Positions 39,853 to 46,917 of a DNA stretch of 64,000 nt are shown piece after piece. A program made the position numbers and the translations under genes. The notes beneath the pieces were generated by a model that saw only the letters and a program-made list of their open reading frames with translations, was not told where the DNA came from and searched no databases. Numbering within the stretch: the stretch's first letter is position 1; every line of letters starts with the position of its first letter. Source of the stretch: a virus; IMG/VR virus record IMGVR_UViG_3300032308_002246, positions 109,963 to 173,962 of that record. The stretch is one strand, 5' to 3'.

Positions 39853-40460
39853 GCGAGTCTATTTACAACATCCCAATAAATTCAATTGACGGAGATAAAG
39901 ATATGCTATCAGGCCTCAATGGAATGGTTACATTGTTCTTCCCTTTTGCTTCAAAAGCTGGGTATGAGCCAAAATGCAGCCGTGTTTGGTCTTATGCTAG
40001 AACTTCCAGAAAGCTCTGGGAGATGCAAAAGCTGCACGAAATGTTTGAAAACTTCTCTGTTGTTGGGGTACCAACAAATCAGTTTTGGAACATGGAGCCT
40101 TTGGAAAATGAACAGATATCAAAATTTATAAAAGAAACATACCCATTCGTCAAGTTTCCAATTACTGAAAAAGTGGTTATAAACGGAGATGACGAGCATG
40201 CAATCTGTTCGCATATGAAGGGTTATACCAAGCGACTTGTTGACGACACAAAAGCTGGTAACAGCTTTGCTGCATCACAGGGTCAAAATCTTGCTGGTGG
40301 AGCTGTACACAAAATACCCGCTTATTACGAAAAGTTTGTAGTCAGCAAAGAAGGTCGACAGGTCTACAGATTTGGGTTTGCTACTAAACCCTTGGCAGAC
40401 AGGGTTGAAACCACTGACATGGATATGACTGTAATTCAGGCAGTACAATCATTACTATGA
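39849..40460 (+). CDS. Glutathione peroxidase-like protein lacking the canonical peroxidatic Cys
   Basis: ASKAGY in place of ASxCG; VPTNQF...EP; FPITEKV.ING...H; YEKFVV...G. Confidence 0.7.
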   Translation: MSESIYNIPINSIDGDKDMLSGLNGMVTLFFPFASKAGYEPKCSRVWSYARTSRKLWEMQKLHEMFENFSVVGVPTNQFWNMEPLENEQISKFIKETYPFVKFPITEKVVINGDDEHAICSHMKGYTKRLVDDTKAGNSFAASQGQNLAGGAVHKIPAYYEKFVVSKEGRQVYRFGFATKPLADRVETTDMDMTVIQAVQSLL

Positions 40461-41317
40461 GCGATTTCAACTTCAAACCAGAGCATCTTGGTGGCGGAAC
40501 AGTAATTTTTAAGGATGCAATTAATGTTCCACAAAAAGAGGCATTTGAACATCTTGACCGGATGAAAGATGAAGCATTCAGTAACTCATACACAATCGTT
40601 AAGAATGAAGAAGGTAATCCACTCCACGCAATAAACAAAGGCGGGTTCATATATGACCTTGAAGATATGGATAGAGCTCCAATACGAATTGGCAACTTGG
40701 ATATTCCATTCTTTCAAGAATGTGAAAAAGCAATTTACGGTGCCCTACTTCGCTACATCGAGATGTTTCCAGCTGTACTGCAGTGCCTTTGGTGGAAGAG
40801 CCCTGGCCATGTTTTGCGTTATGCCAAGAGCGGTGGACTTGGTTTTCATGCAGACAATGATGTCAACTATAGATATGGGAGAGAACCCAAAGAGCAACAC
40901 GCAACCAGAAATGTGTTATCAGCTCTCGTGTATCTAAACGACTGCACCGATGATGAATCTATTGAGTACTCATTTTCCGGAGGTCACATGACGATTCCAT
41001 ACTTTGATATTGACCTAGCTCCATCAACTGGGGCAATAGTTCTTATGCCTGCAAACTATATTGGCGCTCATCAAATCCACGAAGTAACTAGGGGTGTTAG
41101 ATATTCATACTTGACATGGTTTGCTCAAGGCTCCGAAGACCCAGAACGCGGGTGTTCTCCGGCTCACCCAGAAGAGACCATGTTCCAGAACAACGGGCAA
41201 TGGTGGCTTCCATCAATTCTCAAGGATTACGAAAACTACATAATTGAAAAGTACGGTTCTTTGTTAAATGCCCCACAGGAAAAAGTAGATTACCTGAGCA
41301 GGGCCAACGACCACTAA
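40457..41317 (+). CDS. 2OG-Fe(II) oxygenase (LGGG subfamily)
   Basis: HLGGG.V.F; HADND; YLND; AHQI...RYSY. Confidence 0.88.
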   Translation: MSDFNFKPEHLGGGTVIFKDAINVPQKEAFEHLDRMKDEAFSNSYTIVKNEEGNPLHAINKGGFIYDLEDMDRAPIRIGNLDIPFFQECEKAIYGALLRYIEMFPAVLQCLWWKSPGHVLRYAKSGGLGFHADNDVNYRYGREPKEQHATRNVLSALVYLNDCTDDESIEYSFSGGHMTIPYFDIDLAPSTGAIVLMPANYIGAHQIHEVTRGVRYSYLTWFAQGSEDPERGCSPAHPEETMFQNNGQWWLPSILKDYENYIIEKYGSLLNAPQEKVDYLSRANDH

Positions 41318-41637
41318 ATCTTTTTTGTAAACATCTTTTCAGTTACAAATAAATGCTTTGCAAGAGTACTTGATGAGTGAATTATCCCAAGTGGATTTGG
41401 AACATTAAATTCGTTGAGGATGTCTGCCATCTTCCCGTTTGCAATGTCATCCCAAAAAGCCATCATTGCTTCCGCTCCAGTGCGGCCAGCTATGTAGTAT
41501 TTTTCTTCAATTTGACCCGGGAGAACATTGTCTGCCCAGTGGTTGTAACCATCTTTTTCTACCATGTTTGGCAGCTTGGCAAACTCCTGGACCATAATTT
41601 CTGTCCACCGATTGAATGCGTCGTTCTTTTCGCTCAT
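41314..41637 (-). CDS. Hypothetical protein, antisense within the oxygenase array
   Basis: 107 aa from ATG 41637 (MSEKNDAF...). Stop overlaps the stop of 40457. TATGAT lies 6 nt upstream. Confidence 0.6.
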   Translation of the reverse strand: MSEKNDAFNRWTEIMVQEFAKLPNMVEKDGYNHWADNVLPGQIEEKYYIAGRTGAEAMMAFWDDIANGKMADILNEFNVPNPLGIIHSSSTLAKHLFVTEKMFTKKI

Positions 41638-41655
41638 TCGGCTATCATACACCGT
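41638..41655. promoter_or_regulatory. Putative bidirectional leaderless promoter (overlapping -10 boxes)
   Basis: TATCAT (+, 41643-41648) lies 7 nt before ATG 41656. TATGAT (-, 41649-41644) lies 6 nt before ATG 41637. Confidence 0.6.
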
Positions 41656-42528
41656 ATGAATCAAGAGCATAAGTTCAACGATGTAGAGCCACATCACCTC
41701 GGTGGTGGGGTTGTCGTTTTCCGTGGAGCTATTTCATTTGATAACAAATGGGCAAGCTCCTTTGCTGAGAAGCAGGTATCCAAAGAACGTTCTCAGATGT
41801 ACGACGAGGCGGTAGACCCAGAGACGGGGGAGCCCGCATTTATAAACAGGAGCGGGTATTACTTTGATGCTGAGGGAATGAACCAGATGCCTCGACGTGG
41901 TTCACAAATACACATGGATGCGGATGAAGAAGTTAGAGGTTTCTTGGATTTTATTGAGAAATCAAAAGACTCATATCTCCTGAAGTACTTTTACCTTTTC
42001 CCTCTGGCATACAAAAATGTTTGGTGGAAAGTAAAGGGGCATCTTGTCTCGTACTCCGTTGAAAACGGCGGAAAGTTTTTGGGCCCACACTCCGACACGA
42101 GTGCTGACTATGCTTACGGTTTCCCCCATCCGCACGACCAGCTAGCTACTAGAAACACAATCTCATGCATTGTTTATCTAAATGATGATTTTGAGGGCGG
42201 ACATCACTACTTCAATTATCTTGAAATTGACTATAAGCCTTCTGCTGGTGACATTTTGATGTTTCCATCAAACTACATGGCAGCTCATGAAGTAAAGGAA
42301 ACAACGGGTGGAAGTCGATACACATATCTTGGTTGGTATTCGCACGGCACGCCAAATAAAGAGGTCAATGAGCATATAGTTGACCCAGTTGAGTTTCCAG
42401 AAATGGCAAAAACTGCAACCAATGTTTATATGCCAACGCTTCGTTATGATTTTGCCGAATACCTTAACAAAGTTGACCCAGGCAAAACATCATTTGGGCA
42501 CAGTCTGGTAGAAAGTATGCACTCATGA
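41656..42528 (+). CDS. 2OG-Fe(II) oxygenase (LGGG subfamily)
   Basis: HLGGGVVVF; HSD; YLNDDFEGG; AHEV...RY. Start moved to ATG 41656. Confidence 0.88.
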   Translation: MNQEHKFNDVEPHHLGGGVVVFRGAISFDNKWASSFAEKQVSKERSQMYDEAVDPETGEPAFINRSGYYFDAEGMNQMPRRGSQIHMDADEEVRGFLDFIEKSKDSYLLKYFYLFPLAYKNVWWKVKGHLVSYSVENGGKFLGPHSDTSADYAYGFPHPHDQLATRNTISCIVYLNDDFEGGHHYFNYLEIDYKPSAGDILMFPSNYMAAHEVKETTGGSRYTYLGWYSHGTPNKEVNEHIVDPVEFPEMAKTATNVYMPTLRYDFAEYLNKVDPGKTSFGHSLVESMHS

Positions 42529-43259
42529 TAGTAAAACATCTTGGGAATGGAATAATGCTTTTTGAAGATGTATTAGACACATCCCCCCTTGAGTCGTATC
42601 TTGAAAGAATTTTTGCAGAAAATTCAAGCGCTACAAACGGAGTCAATATTGACTCATCTCAAAATGACGGTGGATACACCGTACAGGAAGCTCATATTTC
42701 AGAATTACCAATTAGGTTTCACGGACTCTCCGGTAGTTCTGAATTTACAAAAGACGTCACAAAATCAATTGATGATGCGTTGTACAAGTGCTTAGTTGAG
42801 TACTGTCGAGTTTTCCCTTTAGCAATTGACTGTATAAAGTGGAGAACTAGCGGCCAGATTGCATCTTACTCGGTAGGGCAGAACATTGGCCCACATAGCG
42901 ACTGCGCGCTTCCGTATGATGCCGATGGCAATGTTTTAAACTCATTCCCTCTTCACAACACTCTTACTGGCTCAATGGTTTTAAGTGAAAATCACGAGGG
43001 TGGAGCAATAAAATTTAGACCCTGGGGGATAACTTCAAATCCAAAAATTGGCTCAGTTTTGATTTACCCATCATCTTTCATGGGTTGTCATGAAGTTGAG
43101 CAAGTAACTTCTGGTGTTAGAAATGTTTATCTGCAGTGGTTCTGTCAAGGAAAACCAGAGATGCAAATTTTAGAAAATAACAAATTGGACAATCTTGCAA
43201 CCGACGCAAAAAACTGCGGACAAGGCTATGTTCATGTTGGAATTATTCAACAGAATTAA
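42525..43259 (+). CDS. 2OG-Fe(II) oxygenase (LGGG subfamily)
   Basis: HLGNG; HSD; EGG.I.F; CHEV...R. Confidence 0.85.
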   Translation: MIVKHLGNGIMLFEDVLDTSPLESYLERIFAENSSATNGVNIDSSQNDGGYTVQEAHISELPIRFHGLSGSSEFTKDVTKSIDDALYKCLVEYCRVFPLAIDCIKWRTSGQIASYSVGQNIGPHSDCALPYDADGNVLNSFPLHNTLTGSMVLSENHEGGAIKFRPWGITSNPKIGSVLIYPSSFMGCHEVEQVTSGVRNVYLQWFCQGKPEMQILENNKLDNLATDAKNCGQGYVHVGIIQQN

Positions 43260-44326
43260 TACAAACTGTTGTGTTCTTTGCCGCGTTGCTCGTTATCGTA
43301 TACCACCTGAGAATGTGAGTAGGCTTTCTTTAGACCGTTTTCACCCTCAAGTGTTCTATTTTGGTAAACAGGGTTTGCCTTAAACATCCCGTTTGCGTCT
43401 TTTGCCGCATCGCCATTTCCCATGAATTCAGTTTTTAGGCAGTAATACTTGTAGTCATCGTACAGGTTGTCTATGAAGTGTGGTCTACACCATCCATCGT
43501 TGTCTTCAGGTTCAGAAATGTTGATTCCTACGTCGTCATGACTGCTTCCTTGACTAAAGAATTCAAGGTACCCATACCGGACACCCTTCTTTACTGGTTC
43601 AACACCGTGGGTGGCCATAAAGTTTGCTGGGAAAATAACCACATCACCAGTCTTTGGGACATTCTTTATTCCCAAGTAAGGGAATACAAGCTCTCCTCCG
43701 GTGTAGTTTTCTCCGTTTAGCTCTGATTCGTCTTCTACGCAGTCATTGAGATAGAGCATTACTGCTAGCACTTGGCGCATTTGTATTTGTCCGCGTGGAA
43801 CAAAACGCTCGCCGTTTGTTGCTCTGTAATTTGAGTCGTTGTCGTTGTGTATTCCAAGGAAAGCACCCTCGTCGTATCTCATGGCGTGACCCTTTGTGCG
43901 CCACCATATTGTTCCCAAAACCATAGGGAATTCATCAACATATCTAAGAAGACACTTGTAAATCATGTCTTCCCAGTACCTGAATACCTCAATCATTTCT
44001 GGTTTTGTTTCAGAGTTGACCACTTCAAGAAGTCTTACTGGGACCATCTGGACTTGTTCTGGCGAAAACTTATTACCGTCTTCATTAATGGCGTATAGAT
44101 TTCCCTCTTCGTCATGGTCCCATGTCCAGCGCTGTTCATGAGCTGATTTTGAATGTTCGTCAATGTACGGAAGAAGCGTACTTCTATCAATGTTTACTAC
44201 GCCGGGGAACCTGAGTACGCCGCCACCGAGGTCTTCGTATGGCATGTTAAAGATTTCAGAGACAGCTTCGTTGTTACGGACATCAGGTGTGGTTCCGTAA
44301 AATCTGTTGTCTTTTATCTTTTCCAT
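43256..44326 (-). CDS. 2OG-Fe(II) oxygenase (LGGG subfamily)
   Basis: DLGGG; HNDND; YLND; GGEL.F; THGV...RY. Start taken as ATG 44326. Confidence 0.88.
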   Translation of the reverse strand: MEKIKDNRFYGTTPDVRNNEAVSEIFNMPYEDLGGGVLRFPGVVNIDRSTLLPYIDEHSKSAHEQRWTWDHDEEGNLYAINEDGNKFSPEQVQMVPVRLLEVVNSETKPEMIEVFRYWEDMIYKCLLRYVDEFPMVLGTIWWRTKGHAMRYDEGAFLGIHNDNDSNYRATNGERFVPRGQIQMRQVLAVMLYLNDCVEDESELNGENYTGGELVFPYLGIKNVPKTGDVVIFPANFMATHGVEPVKKGVRYGYLEFFSQGSSHDDVGINISEPEDNDGWCRPHFIDNLYDDYKYYCLKTEFMGNGDAAKDANGMFKANPVYQNRTLEGENGLKKAYSHSQVVYDNEQRGKEHNSLY

Positions 44327-44328
44327 AG

Positions 44329-44931
44329 CTACTCTCGCCAAAATTGAATCAAACTGAATCTAGCACCTGCAGTCACTTCCGTAATTCCATGGTAGTTCAA
44401 GTCAGCGTTGAATATAAGTGCTTCTCCAGCTTTGAGTTTGATGTCTATGTCAATATTGGGGTTCTCCATCGTCCCCGTCAAATAGAACTGCGTGTGGCCG
44501 CCTTCGTAATCGTCGTTTAAGCATATAGCCGACGAGTAGAGAATCCTGCCCATGCCGTAATCGCCATCTCCACCGTCCGTATGAACCTTGTGGGATTGAC
44601 CAGTAGTTTGGCTTTTAATCGTGAAGCCTGGGTTTGGGAAAAACGGAACATCCAAGTTTATTCCTGTTTTAAGCATGTACTCGCTGGTTAGTCTTCTGTA
44701 TACCGCAGAGAGTATTGAAGCAAGCTTAAAGCCCCCAACGCTCGAAGAATTGCTCATTAAGTAGGTGGGAAAAATGTTGCGCTCATCACTGGAAGGACTT
44801 TTATATTCCAGCGAGTTTACAGAACTCATAATTTTTGATAAGAGTCGACCACTTATTAGTTGTCCTAGGTAAATTCCAGAACCATTTGGGCCTATTTCTT
44901 TCAACATTTCTACATTATCCGTCTTTACCAC
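44329..44931 (-). CDS. 2OG-Fe(II) oxygenase, P4H-like
   Basis: HTD...CLNDDYEGG...YHGI...RFS. Start uncertain (GTG 44931 assumed). Confidence 0.85.
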   Translation of the reverse strand: MVKTDNVEMLKEIGPNGSGIYLGQLISGRLLSKIMSSVNSLEYKSPSSDERNIFPTYLMSNSSSVGGFKLASILSAVYRRLTSEYMLKTGINLDVPFFPNPGFTIKSQTTGQSHKVHTDGGDGDYGMGRILYSSAICLNDDYEGGHTQFYLTGTMENPNIDIDIKLKAGEALIFNADLNYHGITEVTAGARFSLIQFWRE

Positions 44932-45152
44932 TTTCCAAGCGGGCATGTAGCGGCCTGAAGTTTTACTTTCAGTTTCATAAAACAACCACACTCTTTACAT
45001 TGCTTTGTTAAAGCCAACAAGCTTGGGCATGACTCGCAAATAGAATATCTACTAGAAGAAACTTCATCTGAAACGTGCTTTGCATTTGGATTCACTGCAT
45101 CCCAAGGGCGTGTTGTACCAAGTTTTTTCTTGTACTCCTGCCATGGCGTCAT
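44925..45152 (-). CDS. Small six-Cys protein (DUF6171-like), copy 2
   Basis: 75 aa MTPWQEYKKKLGTTRPWD...CKECGCFMKLKVK...CPLGKW; close paralog of 21480. Confidence 0.75.
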   Translation of the reverse strand: MTPWQEYKKKLGTTRPWDAVNPNAKHVSDEVSSSRYSICESCPSLLALTKQCKECGCFMKLKVKLQAATCPLGKW

Positions 45153-45156
45153 TTTT

Positions 45157-45471
45157 TTATTGATTCCTAGCTTCCTCGATTGAATCATTGTACTGTTTAT
45201 AAGCAACCTGACAAACTGAACGGTAGTTCATTAAAGCTGAAATGTAAGCCATGACTGGGTCTATTGAGAGTTCTTCAAATTCATCTATTTGTCGAATAAA
45301 CTCTTCAACATTTTCTTTTAGTTTATTGATAATTTCCGTTTTCAAAGTTTCCAAAACGCTATTGTCATCTTCCAAAAAACCAAATATGCGAATAGCTTCC
45401 TGTTGGGCGAGAGGAATCATCTCGTCGTTTTCTTCAAAAAAAACACCCTGTGATGTATGTACGATTCTCAT
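45157..45471 (-). CDS. Hypothetical helical protein
   Basis: AGGAG SD; in cassette 3. Confidence 0.55.
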   Translation of the reverse strand: MRIVHTSQGVFFEENDEMIPLAQQEAIRIFGFLEDDNSVLETLKTEIINKLKENVEEFIRQIDEFEELSIDPVMAYISALMNYRSVCQVAYKQYNDSIEEARNQ

Positions 45472-45485
45472 GCTTTTCTCCTAAT

Positions 45486-45800
45486 TTATTGTTGCGATTT
45501 TGCAATTTTGTATTTGGTGTAGTTGTTGTTTACAGAATACGAATAGGCTGTCAATGCTTTAATGTACACGTCAAGATTGCTCATATCAAGATTTCCGTGT
45601 TTATGAAATTCTTGTGCAGTTTTATTGGCAGAATCAGCAAAACCGACAGCAAGCTCATTTATTAATTCGCTAACGAACCATGGAAATTCATCAAAGATAG
45701 GAAATAATTTTTTATCTTCCGAAACATATATGTATTCATCACCGTATTTTATTAATACTGCAGTTGAAGTATGTACGACCGAAGGTTTTTTAGCGTTCAT
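45486..45800 (-). CDS. Hypothetical protein
   Basis: ATG 45800 (MNAKK) overlaps the upstream gene; in cassette 3. Confidence 0.5.
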   Translation of the reverse strand: MNAKKPSVVHTSTAVLIKYGDEYIYVSEDKKLFPIFDEFPWFVSELINELAVGFADSANKTAQEFHKHGNLDMSNLDVYIKALTAYSYSVNNNYTKYKIAKSQQ

Positions 45801-45957
45801 TTTCTTTGCCCCATTTGCCAATAGGGCATTCAGCTGATTTTACATGTGTTTTTATTCTCATAAAACAACCGCACTCTTTGCATGTATATGTTCTCTTAAA
45901 GAGTCTTGGACACTGAGAACATATATCGAGTCTTTTTTTGGCGTAATCTATTTCCAT
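45790..45957 (-). CDS. Small six-Cys protein (DUF6171-like), copy 3; not in the ORF track
   Basis: Manual translation: MEIDYAKKRLDICSQCPRLFKRTYTCKECGCFMRIKTHVKSAECPIGKWGKENER (55 aa). Confidence 0.75.
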   Translation of the reverse strand: MEIDYAKKRLDICSQCPRLFKRTYTCKECGCFMRIKTHVKSAECPIGKWGKENER

Positions 45958-45969
45958 AAGCAATGATTA

Positions 45970-46917
45970 CTATAGCGGCTGATAGTCGAAATCGTCAACA
46001 GTCGAGGCCTGGGTCCCATTTGTAACCGGGTAAAGCGTTATTCCGTATGCTTTTGCTTTTGCCGCCGTTGCGAGACTTACATCGTGGGTTGTCGCTGCAT
46101 CACCGTTTAGAACTGATTGAATTCGCACGGTCTCTGAAGATGGTGTATCTGTACTCACTTGAACATAATCGAAGTATCTAGAAGAGCTTGTAGTGTCTGC
46201 TTTGCTTGTGCTATTTACAACCGTAACAGTTCCGCCACTTGATTTAATTGTTCTAATCCAATATCTGTAGTATGTAGTTGTTCCGGAAACAGTGTAAGAG
46301 TATGAACCAACACCTACCTGCGTATTATTTTCACATTGACAGGCAAGGCCATTGTTAACAAAATAACACCCACCACCGCATACATTTGCACATCCACCTC
46401 CAGTGGATTGACCATTACATGATGGGTCAGGTCCACATGAGCCGCATGGGCTGGAGCATGGCTGATAAAAAGCGCACGGTCCACTTCCCCCAGTACATGC
46501 ATTGTTTGAGCATGTGCAAGTTGGGTATCCTGAACAAACCGAATAACCACCAGGGCAACCATTGCAGGCATATTCAGTATAGCTATATGGGACTCCATAT
46601 GTGTCTCTATCAGTTACCGCGGCATACCAATTATTTGAGTTTTCAACCCAAAATGCAGCACCCCAGCCAAATTGGCCTGTTGTTCCGTATCCTATGCGCG
46701 TTCTTGCATACGTAACACCAGTTTTAATGGAGGCCAAAGGATATGAAGACGCTGCAGTAGCTGTTGATGCCCTGTTGCTTGATACACCCCATGTGCCTCG
46801 AGTATTTTGCCAAGACTTTGTGCCTGTCCCTACAAGCGTACTTCCGCTGTCTGTTCTATTGAAATTATCAATAAAAGCTTTTAATTTTGTAACAATAGAT
46901 ACAATTCCAGGAATCAT
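45970..46917 (-). CDS. Lectin-like 'tip' protein with a 16-Cys insert (cassette 3 putative substrate)
   Basis: ATGA overlap with the upstream fibre stop. Starts MIPGIV; 'DNFNRTD...W....GTW' beta-sandwich; central Cys/Gly-rich block. Confidence 0.7.
   Translation of the reverse strand: MIPGIVSIVTKLKAFIDNFNRTDSGSTLVGTGTKSWQNTRGTWGVSSNRASTATAASSYPLASIKTGVTYARTRIGYGTTGQFGWGAAFWVENSNNWYAAVTDRDTYGVPYSYTEYACNGCPGGYSVCSGYPTCTCSNNACTGGSGPCAFYQPCSSPCGSCGPDPSCNGQSTGGGCANVCGGGCYFVNNGLACQCENNTQVGVGSYSYTVSGTTTYYRYWIRTIKSSGGTVTVVNSTSKADTTSSSRYFDYVQVSTDTPSSETVRIQSVLNGDAATTHDVSLATAAKAKAYGITLYPVTNGTQASTVDDFDYQPL

Noticed and set aside
39849-40460. Selenocysteine-containing GPx
   Set aside because: The catalytic position is GCT (Ala), and none of the three GPx-like ORFs has an in-frame TGA.
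41377-41655. Long N-terminal extension of the 41656 oxygenase in the ORF track
   Set aside because: It is antisense to the 41314-41637 gene. Paralogs begin near the LGGG motif, and a -10 box precedes ATG 41656.
33089-44931. Oxygenase island as a DNA base hypermodification or defence locus
   Set aside because: Motifs are mostly P4H-like rather than TET/JBP or AlkB-like. No nucleotide kinases, thymidylate synthase homologues or glycosyltransferases are adjacent, and the flanks are fibre genes. Disfavoured but not formally excluded.
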